This document shows positions 18,791 through 28,780 of a DNA stretch of 64,000 nucleotides, piece by piece. The notes beneath the pieces are model-generated. The model worked only from the letters and a program-made list of their open reading frames with translations, ran no database searches and was not told the origin of the DNA. Position 1 is the first letter of the stretch. Each line of letters opens with the position of its first letter. Origin of the DNA: Planctomycetota bacterium (GTDB taxonomy: Bacteria > Planctomycetota > UBA1135); contig JASFYO010000007.1 in NCBI GenBank assembly GCA_045047305.1, forward strand, positions 31,301 through 95,300, read 5' to 3'. The position numbers and the translations under genes were made by a program.

Positions 18791-19828
18791 CTAATCCTCC
18801 ACAAAATTCTCGCCAAAAAGCCGCATGATGTGGTGGACGACCTCTGGCACCACATGCCGCCCATCTTCTGACCAAGCAACCTTTCTCGCCGAATTCATCA
18901 CGATTTCATAACTTGGAAAGTAGTGTGCGTAATCATGAGAGGCGGTAAAATCTTCCGCAACCGCTCGTAAAACCGACTTGGAGTAGGCGTTCGCGACCAC
19001 AATATCTCGATTTGTAAAAGTCGCCATGAGAGGAACTGGGCTTGTAGTGACAACGATTTGCAAATCTGAACGACCTACCTTTTTGAGCAGTGCCCCAATG
19101 GCTTCCATATTCTCCCTATTCTCAATAAAATTTGACACCTCGAAGGAATACCGTCCCGGGTGGAGACTTCGCATATGTGGCGAGGGAGCCATGTTGAGAT
19201 GAATCCCAGCCTCGTTGTCGTACCACAACTCCACCAGACCTAAAGTAAAAACGATGACGCGGCATTTTGCTATCCGCCGAATCACTTCAGAAATCGTGGC
19301 GCGTCGCCTTAGAGTCCCTTCGTGACACACCCATTTCAAAGTGGGGTTTGTAGAAGGGTCGATCCAAGTTCCATCCTCGCCCTCCACCAAACTTGATTCC
19401 GGAAACTCCGCATCGGAATCTAGCGCCCATTCCAACTCATGCCTAATAGAGTGGGTGGAGTACTTGTTCATAAAACCTCGCCCAGTCACCCCAGGCAAAG
19501 CAAGCTCAAAGGAATCGAACTCCGCTGCCGCTGACAAGACGTTGAACTTTTTTCCCAACATAGCATTTTCAATCCCACGAGCGAAACATGAACCCATAGC
19601 AAAGAGGGCGTCCGTCCGGCTCATTCGGAATCCAGGGTCGGCGAATGTCGGTGTATAAAGGCGCTGGTTGATTCTCTGAATGGCGAATGCTTGCGAGCTA
19701 GCATGGACATCTATGCCAGGTTTGTACCACCTGGACCCTGGGTTTTTAACAAGGTTATTCACCGCGTCCGAGTCGCTAAACGTGTATGTGCTCATGATTT
19801 CATTTCGATGATTTTCGGTTATTTCCAC
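18791..19828 (-). CDS. GSCFA-domain protein (SGNH-like, uncharacterised)
   Basis: FAMGSCFA, FTLGLVELW, TTSPVPL.AT, N.YSKSVLR, YFPSYE and DGRHV motifs. Confidence 0.85.
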   Translation of the reverse strand: MEITENHRNEIMSTYTFSDSDAVNNLVKNPGSRWYKPGIDVHASSQAFAIQRINQRLYTPTFADPGFRMSRTDALFAMGSCFARGIENAMLGKKFNVLSAAAEFDSFELALPGVTGRGFMNKYSTHSIRHELEWALDSDAEFPESSLVEGEDGTWIDPSTNPTLKWVCHEGTLRRRATISEVIRRIAKCRVIVFTLGLVELWYDNEAGIHLNMAPSPHMRSLHPGRYSFEVSNFIENRENMEAIGALLKKVGRSDLQIVVTTSPVPLMATFTNRDIVVANAYSKSVLRAVAEDFTASHDYAHYFPSYEIVMNSARKVAWSEDGRHVVPEVVHHIMRLFGENFVED

Positions 19829-20691
19829 ACCCAGCCGTGTTTGCGGAAGTATTTCCAGGCGGAAACGCCAAACATGCGAATATGGGCCAAGCCCTTGTGC
19901 GATGCGCCACCTCCGTAATGCTCAATGACAACGCGCGGTTCATAGGCCAAGGCATGGTTCTTCCGAACCATGCGACTCAGGTCATTGTCTTCAAAATAGA
20001 GAAAATACCTTGGGTCAAAGCCGCCAGCCTGCTGGAGGGCACGCGTTCTGCAAAAAAGGAAACAACCGCTTAATACCAGAAGCCCTTTACTGGCCTTGTC
20101 GGTTCCCATGCCTGCAATAGTGTAGCGGCCCATTCTTTGCTGAAATCGCTTTTGCAACCAACTTGGCGCAAATCCGCGGAGGAACAAATCCAACATGTTT
20201 GGATCTCGTTTGCAAAGGTGCTGCTTGTCTCCGGCCCCTGCGCGAACCCTTGGAGCAAGCATGCCCACTTCGGGATTTAATTGCATGTACCGAACTGCCT
20301 GGATAAGAGAATCTTCATCCATAACAGCGTCGGGGTTGAGCACGAGGTAGTAACGATTTCTGCTCCGCAGAATCCCCAGGTTGTGCCCCCTTCCGTAACC
20401 GAGATTTCTTTGTACTGGATGGATTTCCACAGGACCAACTCCCTCTCTGTCCCAGGTCTCGTCCAAAACCTGATTGAGCTGGGCTGACCACCCCTTTCCG
20501 GGTCCATTATCAACCAGCAGCAAATCCACGGACCCAAGGGATCCGTCCTGCAATGCGGCCTTAGCCGCCCTGCAGGCTGCCGCCAAAGTCTTACGCAAGT
20601 AATCTAGGTTAGGATCGTAGGTTACGACCGAAATGCTTAAACCAATTTCTGGGCGGGGAAAAGTCATCCTATCTTTAGAAATCGGCTTCAT
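19819..20691 (-). CDS. Glycosyltransferase family 2 (rhamnosyltransferase-like)
   Basis: VDN, NLGYGRGHN, LNPD, SGCF and GGFDPRYFLYFEDNDL; start uncertain (20691 or 20667). Confidence 0.85.
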   Translation of the reverse strand: MKPISKDRMTFPRPEIGLSISVVTYDPNLDYLRKTLAAACRAAKAALQDGSLGSVDLLLVDNGPGKGWSAQLNQVLDETWDREGVGPVEIHPVQRNLGYGRGHNLGILRSRNRYYLVLNPDAVMDEDSLIQAVRYMQLNPEVGMLAPRVRAGAGDKQHLCKRDPNMLDLFLRGFAPSWLQKRFQQRMGRYTIAGMGTDKASKGLLVLSGCFLFCRTRALQQAGGFDPRYFLYFEDNDLSRMVRKNHALAYEPRVVIEHYGGGASHKGLAHIRMFGVSAWKYFRKHGWVWK

Positions 20692-21436
20692 AAGCTGCGA
20701 TGACTCTATCCGGCGAGCCATCTAATTCAACGCGGCCATCCTTTAACCACAAGACTCTGTTCGCTATCCGACGAACGACACTCATTGAATGAGAAACCGT
20801 TACTACGATTGGGGTTCTCTCAATCAAGTCTTCCATCCGGGTGATTGCCTTTTCGCGGAATCCTTGGTCGCCTCCACCAAAAACTTCATCTAACAATAAA
20901 ATCTCCGGCTGGATGGAAGTAATAGATGTAAATGCCAGACGCATTCCCATGCCCCTGGAGTAATACTTAAGTGGAGTTTCGCGGAACTTTTCAAGCTCAG
21001 CGAATTTGAAAATGGCATCGGCCTTGGAGCGCATTTCCTCTCTGGTAATCCCAAACAAGGCCCCGGCCTGTTCCACGTTCTCTTCGCCGGTAAGTTCGGG
21101 TTGAAACCCCAAGCCAACCTGGAACAGGGGAACCAAGAAACCACTCACCAGAATTTCACCCTGACTCGGTTGGTAAATACCTGCAATCATTCGCAGCAAG
21201 CTGCTTTTCCCTGCACCGTTCCGGCCAATAACTCCAATCCTGTCTCCTGGCTTGAATTCAAGGCAAATGTCTTTTAGCGCCGGAAACACTTCCTTTGAGT
21301 GCGACTCAACAGCTCCGCGACCAAGTAAGTTTAAAAGCGCTGACTTCAAATTCGGCCTACGGTTCCGATAGACGCGGAAGTTCAATCCCGCGCCGTCTAA
21401 CCGAACTCCTACCTTACAGTCGGAAGACGATTTCAT
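20675..21436 (-). CDS. wzt: Polysaccharide ABC exporter ATPase (Wzt-like, no C-terminal CBM)
   Basis: GRNGAGKSS, ELTGEEN, YSRGM, LLLDEV and VSHS; protein ends right after the NBD. Confidence 0.88.
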   Translation of the reverse strand: MKSSSDCKVGVRLDGAGLNFRVYRNRRPNLKSALLNLLGRGAVESHSKEVFPALKDICLEFKPGDRIGVIGRNGAGKSSLLRMIAGIYQPSQGEILVSGFLVPLFQVGLGFQPELTGEENVEQAGALFGITREEMRSKADAIFKFAELEKFRETPLKYYSRGMGMRLAFTSITSIQPEILLLDEVFGGGDQGFREKAITRMEDLIERTPIVVTVSHSMSVVRRIANRVLWLKDGRVELDGSPDRVIAAYEADF

Positions 21437-22178
21437 CTTTATAACGGGAAAGGACAAACATTCCGAGGAGTGCTGAGACTGCTGCAATGCCTACCGCAAA
21501 AAAGATGGTTTCTGGCGGAGGAAACTCTGCAAGCGTTATGGGACTATCAAACATCTGCAATAAATAATACGCCGGGTTGAGCCGAAAATATGGAAGCAAG
21601 GACTCTGGAATGGCTGTAAACGGAAGGATTACGGGAGTTAAGTAGAACCAGGCTCGAAGCACAACAGTAATTAAATGTTCCGCGTCACGGAAATAGACCA
21701 CAAGGACGCTTGTGGCTGCAGCCAAGCCGAAGCCAAAGCCGAATAGGCAAAGCACCGATAGCGGCAAAATCATGAGCGCTGTACTTGGAACAAAGCCAAC
21801 AAACCAAATGACTATCGCTAGAGCCGCCATCGACAGAACATATTCTGTAATGGCAAACAAGGACTGACGCATGGGAAACACCCAAATGGGAATGGGTACC
21901 TGTAGTATCAAACGCTCTCCAATGATTAAGGAGCGACTACCCATGCCAATGCAGGACGCAAGACATTGCCAGGGCAAAAGGCATGCAAAAAGGTGAAGTG
22001 CAAATCCTCTTGGACCCGCATCGCGAGAAAATAAAAATGAAAACGCCAAGGTCATGACCCCGAGCATTAGCATCGGATTGAGAAGCGACCACAAGAAACC
22101 TAAAACAGAACGACGATATTTCAGAGTCAAGTCTTGACGCAGAAAATTTCGAACCATGACCGTAGATGACCTATCCAC
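21414..22178 (-). CDS. wzm: Polysaccharide ABC exporter permease (Wzm-like)
   Basis: KYRRSVLGFLWSLLNP, FRD and FYLTPV motifs; about 6 TM. Confidence 0.88.
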   Translation of the reverse strand: MDRSSTVMVRNFLRQDLTLKYRRSVLGFLWSLLNPMLMLGVMTLAFSFLFSRDAGPRGFALHLFACLLPWQCLASCIGMGSRSLIIGERLILQVPIPIWVFPMRQSLFAITEYVLSMAALAIVIWFVGFVPSTALMILPLSVLCLFGFGFGLAAATSVLVVYFRDAEHLITVVLRAWFYLTPVILPFTAIPESLLPYFRLNPAYYLLQMFDSPITLAEFPPPETIFFAVGIAAVSALLGMFVLSRYKDEIVFRL

Positions 22179-22221
22179 GGTAGCTTTCCGTTTTGCTTCG
22201 GGTTATCAGTAAAAACACGAG

Positions 22222-23325
22222 CTATTGGCTGTTCAGTTGTTTGCGAAACGCGTTTCGAATGGATTGCCCAAGCCGAACTTCGCTCCGCTTCCACAGATTG
22301 TCCATGTCCTTGCGACATTCCTCAAGCCTTATCGAAAGCTCTTGAATCCTGACATCCTTTTGCTTGGCCTGCTCCTGAATTTTTGACAAGGCACCAAGCG
22401 CTGCCAGGGCTGCGTCTTTCTCTTCCATGGCTGCGCGCGTCTCTTGAACGCGATCTTGATATGCATTCTCTCGAAAATCAAGTGCAACATATAAATCAGA
22501 CGCTTCTGCCATTAGCTCAAGGAAAGATGAAGCCGGTATCGGCGGCACCACGAGCTCTGTCGATAAAGATGCCTCTCCCGCTGCGCATAAGCTCAAATGT
22601 TCAAATGCTTTTTCTCCACCCGGCCACCATCCGGTAAATTCTGGGTTCGCCTCTTGGTGATGAGCAAGGCTTGCATCTACTGTGGCTGCCATTGCGGTAC
22701 AATCTAACTCAATATTGGATTGCTCCATGAAGCGAGCGCAGCGCTTTGCCTCATGCATCGGGTCTCGCAAGATGTTTTCGTAAGACAATACAAGGGGGCA
22801 AAATTCTTGCAGGCCTGCACATGCAGCCGCTAAGTACTCTTGCCATAGGTAACCCGCTAACCCTGGTGAAATTTTATTTCGAGATGCTAATGACGACGCA
22901 ACATCCCCCGGATGGCGCAAACAAAGAAACGAACGCGGGGCTCTTGGCAATAAGGGAAGCCAAAACGAAAGAAGTAGGCTAGTGCGTGGATCTTTCCATC
23001 CCCAACATGGCGAAGATTTTGAAAGATGAACTAGCAAGTCTTTCGCCCGGGTTCTTAAATCATCCCATTCTGAATCCGAAAAATCTGGTGCCCCCCCCTG
23101 GGGAGGATTACGCCAAGTTCCGCCTAACCTTTCCAAAAGTTCTTCGTTAATTTTGCGAAGCCCATAGTGCTCCCAAAAGCCGTGAGGATTATCTGAGTTT
23201 GGGCCAGCCAACTCCTCGCTGGGGCCAAAGCAAATTCCCCCGGCCTCAAGCATCTGCGAAACCAAGGAGGTGCCGCTTCGATGCATGCCAACCACCGGAA
23301 CGGCCACGGAAGACTCGAAATCCAT
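22222..23325 (-). CDS. Sulfotransferase-fold protein with a C-terminal coiled coil
   Basis: VVGMHRSGTS, NPHGFWE, WGWKDPR, RHP..VA.SL and SYE motifs; heptad-rich C-terminus. Confidence 0.8.
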   Translation of the reverse strand: MDFESSVAVPVVGMHRSGTSLVSQMLEAGGICFGPSEELAGPNSDNPHGFWEHYGLRKINEELLERLGGTWRNPPQGGAPDFSDSEWDDLRTRAKDLLVHLSKSSPCWGWKDPRTSLLLSFWLPLLPRAPRSFLCLRHPGDVASSLASRNKISPGLAGYLWQEYLAAACAGLQEFCPLVLSYENILRDPMHEAKRCARFMEQSNIELDCTAMAATVDASLAHHQEANPEFTGWWPGGEKAFEHLSLCAAGEASLSTELVVPPIPASSFLELMAEASDLYVALDFRENAYQDRVQETRAAMEEKDAALAALGALSKIQEQAKQKDVRIQELSIRLEECRKDMDNLWKRSEVRLGQSIRNAFRKQLNSQ

Positions 23326-23337
23326 CGCCCTATGTTA

Positions 23338-24174
23338 TCAGGTGAGAAGGTTGCAACGGTCGCGATAGGATGCAATGCGAGATGACCCGGCATCCAAATC
23401 CTGAATGCGCTCAGTCAGGAGATTATTCGCGATTTGGTACAGCTCCAAGTCTAAAGTGTTGCGGGCTACGACATCGGCAAAAAGCTCGGTCCCGCAAGCC
23501 TTCTCGGCATCATTTATCCGATCCTGGAGGGAGGCCTTGCGCCCTGAGGTAACATTTTGTGGAGTTGTTGCGAGGTTTAATCCAGGAAAGAACGGGCTAA
23601 GTCGAACCTCAGCCAAAGCAAGGCTTTCCTCGAGGCGGTCAACCACACCACAAATGGTTGAGCTTCGCAGACGCCCGCGAGCCAATTCCGCATCGATTTC
23701 TCGACTGCCTGCACGAGGATTGCATGTCAATATTGATGCGTGATAATCACACAACAAGTTCGATTGACCCTGATCAAGTCTCCACCGCACATAATCCGGG
23801 AAGCTCGATTTTTTTGCGTTGACACTCCCTGGAGAACTACTCCTTTGTTTCCTCTCATAGCGATAAATTGAGTGCATGCGGTCCAAAGGGTGGCGCACAA
23901 ATAATGCCGGCAGCAAATTCAATTCGGGCACTTCCGGAAGCGGAAAACGCAAATGGTGGCTTGATAACGCTTCCACATGTGAGTTCGCCGTCAGGTAAGC
24001 CGCGATTTCATTTGGCAAATGGGAATAACGAGGGCGATTGCCGTCAAACTCGGCAAATTTTCGTTTGAACTCTCTCTTAAGGGCGAAATCGAAGGTCGTT
24101 CCGCCATTTTTGAAAATGTGAAAATGCACCAATACACTTCGCTTTGATGCTTTTTTTCGTTTTAAGCCTAACAC
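23338..24174 (-). CDS. Sulfotransferase family 2-like protein
   Basis: HFHIFKNGGTT (5'-PSB-like), VRHPLDRMHSIY (3'-PB-like) and N.LDLELY. Confidence 0.75.
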   Translation of the reverse strand: MLGLKRKKASKRSVLVHFHIFKNGGTTFDFALKREFKRKFAEFDGNRPRYSHLPNEIAAYLTANSHVEALSSHHLRFPLPEVPELNLLPALFVRHPLDRMHSIYRYERKQRSSSPGSVNAKKSSFPDYVRWRLDQGQSNLLCDYHASILTCNPRAGSREIDAELARGRLRSSTICGVVDRLEESLALAEVRLSPFFPGLNLATTPQNVTSGRKASLQDRINDAEKACGTELFADVVARNTLDLELYQIANNLLTERIQDLDAGSSRIASYRDRCNLLT

Positions 24175-26405
24175 GGTTCGTTCTCCAACTTACCTTTCTC
24201 CCTAACGTAGGGAAAATCCTCATTCAAAATTTCAATCGCACGCTTGCGTGAATAATAATTTCCCACGAAGGCTTGCCCCTGCTCCGCCAGGCTACTTCTC
24301 GCCGAGGCGTTCTGTAAAAGGGCAAGAATGCGAGATGCGATTTCATTTGCCGTATCTCCCACCACCAAGGGGCGGCCAGTTTCAGGGATTCCCTCGGCAC
24401 CAATACTTGTAGTCACTACTGGCAATCCGTTCGCCATTGCTTCAACAACCTTTCCTTTTACCCCAGCACCAAAGCGCAATGGGACCACGGCTATATCCGC
24501 CATCTTGTAAGCATCGGCCAAGGCTTCGTCACTAATGCGACCATGCAGCCTCGTTACGGAGGAAGCCAAGGTCTTGATTTCGCTTCCCGCGCCACCTCCA
24601 ACCAAATGGACCTTTACATTTGGATGGCTCGCCAAGACCTTAGGGAGAATCTCCGCATGAAACCATTTCACCGCATCTTCGTTGGGAGGGTGTCCATAGC
24701 CTCCAACAAATAGAAGGTTGCATGCATTTAGCGAAATTGAATAGTCCGGCAATTCCTCGTAGAAGAAGATTGGAATATCGAGGATTCGTTTATGTGGAAA
24801 ATCACGCTTCATCAACTCTGCCTCATAAGTGCTCGGTGTGTGGATGACATCGGATTCTTCGATTAGTTGATATTCGATCTTCTTCTGGCGCACAGCTTCC
24901 GGGGATCTTCCTACTTTGCCTAAGTTTTCCCAGGACCGCTGCTCGCGCAAATGATGCAAATCGACTACTTGAAAGACTATGCGTGCACTCGTGTAACTAC
25001 GCAGTGGCTTCATGAATGGGGCAGCAACTTCCCATCTGCTCAAATATGCAAAATCAATGTCTTTACCGTGTTTTTTGAACCATGTGTCCATGTCCAGAAA
25101 TTCAGGGCCGTGCAAAACCTCCACACCCGCCGCCTCCATGATGGCGGTGTATGGTTGTACCGGAAATAGGTTGGCTGGGTGAAAAATAACTCGGTACCCA
25201 AGATCAAGAAAAAGCTGAATGTACATCCATGTAAGACGCAATCCTGCCTCATTCTCCCATTGGGGAATTTGGTAGTCGGCAATAAAAACACAAGGGCGGT
25301 GAGTCCCCCTACATTGAGCACGATTCAATTCTTCAGGCCCAGCAGCCTGTTCAGCACGCAGTGTATCGCGCCATTTTTCTTCAAATTTAGCCTGGTTCTC
25401 CACCTGGTACTTTTTCAATCCTGTGCTTACGTCGGTTCCGTGCGAAATACCTTCGAGGTGGGTAACCACGGCCTTGGGCTCATAAACGGTGCGGTAGCCT
25501 GCGGCCCGGACCGCAAAAGCCAAGTCAGCATCTTCATAATAGGCTGGGGCAAAGCGTTCATCAAATCCGCCAAGTTCGTCCCATAGGCTTTTGGAAATTA
25601 GAACGCATGCTCCCGAACAAAAATCCGTATCTTTAAAAAATGTGAAGGAAGGATGATTCGGGTTTTGGCCGCGGCCATAATTCCATCCGCTGCCATCGCG
25701 AAAAATTATTCCACCCGCCTCCTGTAGTAACCCGTCTGCCCCGAGGAGCTTCGCCCCAACCAAGCCGATCTTGTGGTCCGACTCCAACCGCTCAACCATG
25801 GCTTCAAGCCAACCAGTGTGTACCAAGGTGTCATTATTCAACAATAAAATATGTTCGCCGCGGGCAAAAGTTGCTCCGCGATTACAGTTGAGTAAAAAGC
25901 GGAGGTTCCTCTCATTCCGGATGTACCGCACCCCGGAAGTTTTTTCATGTAGTCGCTTGGTTTCATCCTGTGAATTATCATCCAGAATGAGGACTTCGTA
26001 AGAAACCTTATCGCCGGTGTAACTGAGAATGGAGCGAAGGCATCCATAAGTGATTCTCCATTGGTCATAAACCGGTATCAAAATTGAAACGACAGGAGTC
26101 TCTGGCTGGGCAAAAGTGAGAAGCTCAGCCTCTTCAAAATTGAGTTTTGCCGCAACCGTTCCATCTGGATGCCGTTGACTCTCCGCTAGCCGCCAACTGC
26201 GGTAAGCGTAATGCAAAATTGGCCCAGAAATCCTCCCCAGCGTCTTTCGATAAAAAGCCAACCTTGCCGTGCCGGGTGGCAAAACTTGCCGCTTCACCTT
26301 TTGCATCACCAGAATCACACGCGCAACCAATCCCACGCCCTGTTCTTTTAGGGTTTGGTTGAATTGGAGGGCACGACGAAATCCTCTCTTGATGAGGGCA
26401 GACAT
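24168..26405 (-). CDS. Bifunctional GT2 + GT4-like glycosyltransferase
   Basis: VSILIPVY, DDNS, LLNND, GGFDERFAPAYYEDADL, then FVGGYGHPPN, PLRFGAGVKGKVVEAMANGLPVVTT. Confidence 0.88.
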   Translation of the reverse strand: MSALIKRGFRRALQFNQTLKEQGVGLVARVILVMQKVKRQVLPPGTARLAFYRKTLGRISGPILHYAYRSWRLAESQRHPDGTVAAKLNFEEAELLTFAQPETPVVSILIPVYDQWRITYGCLRSILSYTGDKVSYEVLILDDNSQDETKRLHEKTSGVRYIRNERNLRFLLNCNRGATFARGEHILLLNNDTLVHTGWLEAMVERLESDHKIGLVGAKLLGADGLLQEAGGIIFRDGSGWNYGRGQNPNHPSFTFFKDTDFCSGACVLISKSLWDELGGFDERFAPAYYEDADLAFAVRAAGYRTVYEPKAVVTHLEGISHGTDVSTGLKKYQVENQAKFEEKWRDTLRAEQAAGPEELNRAQCRGTHRPCVFIADYQIPQWENEAGLRLTWMYIQLFLDLGYRVIFHPANLFPVQPYTAIMEAAGVEVLHGPEFLDMDTWFKKHGKDIDFAYLSRWEVAAPFMKPLRSYTSARIVFQVVDLHHLREQRSWENLGKVGRSPEAVRQKKIEYQLIEESDVIHTPSTYEAELMKRDFPHKRILDIPIFFYEELPDYSISLNACNLLFVGGYGHPPNEDAVKWFHAEILPKVLASHPNVKVHLVGGGAGSEIKTLASSVTRLHGRISDEALADAYKMADIAVVPLRFGAGVKGKVVEAMANGLPVVTTSIGAEGIPETGRPLVVGDTANEIASRILALLQNASARSSLAEQGQAFVGNYYSRKRAIEILNEDFPYVREKGKLENEPC

Positions 26406-26775
26406 AGGCTAAAGATTGGGGCCGAGATGGATGGGAGGGAGGGAACTCGCAGCCCGGCAGTCCATTCTCTCATTTCCCTGCAAAGATACCAAGAATCGAT
26501 AGCTTCGATTCCAAAACGATTGGGGGGGAGGGCTTGACCGCCTCCCTGCGACTGGAAAATGGTGACGGGCTCCTTTGAGGAAAGCCTAAGTGGCAATCTC
26601 TGACCGCCTACTAAAATTGGCCTTCGTTTCGCGACCTTTCACGCCAAGCAAAAGAACGGGGAGCACGAACATGGCACAATGCAGCCTTAATCGCTGTTCG
26701 AGCTTCGGGAGCTGGCAACCAATGCGTGAAACCGCGTGGCGAAAGGAGACAACAGAGCTTATTCTATCTCTTCTG

Positions 26776-28623
26776 ATGTCCAGCAGCCCTGACTTGCCGC
26801 GCCTCAATCGTTTTGTTCAAGGTTTGTGGCTTTGCGCTGGTGGTGGAGGCGTCGGTGCATTAATTGGCGCTTTAGAGGGCCGATGGATCGCACACCGGGG
26901 GTTTATTCCCTTGGCCCCTTTCGACCACAGCTTGATTTCGATTTGCATCCACTACATCGCTCTATTCGCCACCGCGGGACTCCTCCTTGGCTGGGCCCAC
27001 TATTGGCGACACCCTTCCAAAGTTTTGTGCGCGCTCACCTTTTTGGGCGCCGCATGGGTTCTCCCTTATCAATCCTCTGCAATCTGGGTGACGGTTGGGG
27101 GGCTTGCCTTTTGTGCCGTAGGCTGTGCCCTTTTCTTGCGTAGCTCCCCAAGATTGCGCAGACTTTATTATTCGTTAGGTGCTTTTCTTTTCTTAGCCTT
27201 ATTAGCAGGTTTCCCCGACCCAGAACCCAAGGACAAGAATCGCGGGTCGCCTGATTCCCCGAACATCGTCCTTGTTGTCATCGATACCCTCCGCGCTGAC
27301 GCACTTTCTTCCTACCGCGAGAGTCCGCGCACAAAGGACGTTTCGCCCGTCATCGATTCCATCGTTAAGCAAGGGGTTCGTTTTGGCAATGCCTACGCGC
27401 AAGCTCCGTGGACGCGGCCGTCTACCGCATCTTTATTCACTGGGCTATACCCAGCAAGCCACGGCATTGTGACTCCTTTCGATCCTTTGAATGATGCGCT
27501 CCCAACGATGGCGTCCATGCTCAAGGAGCGCGGTTATCAAACGATTGGGTTCTCAGCGAATCCTCAGATTTCTGCGGCCTTTGGTTTCCACAATGGCTTC
27601 GACCGTTTTTGGAGCTCCACCGCTAGGTTGAAAGATCGGTCGGCGGGAATTCGCCTACTCAGGAAATGGGGCATTGGCAAAGTGGAGAAGCAACCAGCAA
27701 GAGGCGTGCTTCATTCCACAGCGGACGACGTCAACCGCGCGGTCGGAACTTGGCTTGCAGAAAAGCCTGCCGCTGCGCCAGCTTTTCTTTACATACATTA
27801 TTTAGATCCACACGATCCCTACACCGCGCCGCAAGACTTGCTTGGTGAACCACCTCTGACCGAGGTAGAGGAAGCTCCGCTGTATGCCAGCCAAGAATTG
27901 CCGCCCTATCCGCTTATGGGTTCCTCGCTACCAGGGCTCAACCCCCTAGAGCTGCGTGAATTGCAGCGGCGCTATGACACAGAAATTCGTTTTGTGGATG
28001 ATCGTCTGGGAAAAATGTTGGAAAGCTTGCGCGTCGCCGGAATTTTGAGAGATCAAGATTACCTCATCATCACCTCCGATCATGGAGAAGAGTTTTATGA
28101 CCATCAGCAATGGCAGCATGGACGCTCCTTGTTTGAGGAAATGATTCACGTCCCTCTGATTGTTATTGGCCCAAAAATTCCCGCGGAAAGCGTTGTTCAA
28201 CATCCAGTGGAGCTGGTCGATGTTTTGCCAACCGTTGCCGCTTGGACTGGCGCACCCCCGCGTTTCGCTCAGCATGGTGAAAACCTGTTTGGTAAAAAAA
28301 AGAAGGTTGGAGCTTTCTCTCATCGCCCGCGTCAGCAGCACCCTATTTGGTCCCTGCGTGTTGCGAATCAAAAAGTAATCTGGATTCAGAGCGGCGATGA
28401 AATGGTCAAGCTCGCTTTCGACCTGACTACGGACCCCCACGAGGCTCATCCACTTGACGCAGAAGGAGGAGAATCCTTCTTTGGCCTACATGAACGCTTG
28501 GAAGAATTAATAAACTCGTCCTCGGAGTATCGCCGGGCTGGCTCTGGCTCCATGGAACTAGACCCTAACGCTGCTCAAAATTTAGAGCAGCTCGGCTATA
28601 TTGACGGCGCGGAAGAAAATTAG
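26776..28623 (+). CDS. Membrane-anchored sulfatase-fold (alkaline phosphatase superfamily) hydrolase/transferase
   Basis: About 5 N-terminal TMs, PNIVLVVIDTLRAD, APWTRPS, HYLDPHDPY, TSDHGEEF and HVPL; start set at ATG 26776. Confidence 0.82.
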   Translation: MSSSPDLPRLNRFVQGLWLCAGGGGVGALIGALEGRWIAHRGFIPLAPFDHSLISICIHYIALFATAGLLLGWAHYWRHPSKVLCALTFLGAAWVLPYQSSAIWVTVGGLAFCAVGCALFLRSSPRLRRLYYSLGAFLFLALLAGFPDPEPKDKNRGSPDSPNIVLVVIDTLRADALSSYRESPRTKDVSPVIDSIVKQGVRFGNAYAQAPWTRPSTASLFTGLYPASHGIVTPFDPLNDALPTMASMLKERGYQTIGFSANPQISAAFGFHNGFDRFWSSTARLKDRSAGIRLLRKWGIGKVEKQPARGVLHSTADDVNRAVGTWLAEKPAAAPAFLYIHYLDPHDPYTAPQDLLGEPPLTEVEEAPLYASQELPPYPLMGSSLPGLNPLELRELQRRYDTEIRFVDDRLGKMLESLRVAGILRDQDYLIITSDHGEEFYDHQQWQHGRSLFEEMIHVPLIVIGPKIPAESVVQHPVELVDVLPTVAAWTGAPPRFAQHGENLFGKKKKVGAFSHRPRQQHPIWSLRVANQKVIWIQSGDEMVKLAFDLTTDPHEAHPLDAEGGESFFGLHERLEELINSSSEYRRAGSGSMELDPNAAQNLEQLGYIDGAEEN

Positions 28624-28780
28624 GCTGCTTATGAAGTTTCAGAGTCCTGCCTATTGGTGGCAATGATTCCTTTTCCCATGTTAGCATTAGAATGTCTAAT
28701 TGCGTCATCATGGTTAACTCGTGGACGGAAAAGGATGCCAAAACTTTACTTGGGAAGCCTTCACCGCGACTAAATTTGAC

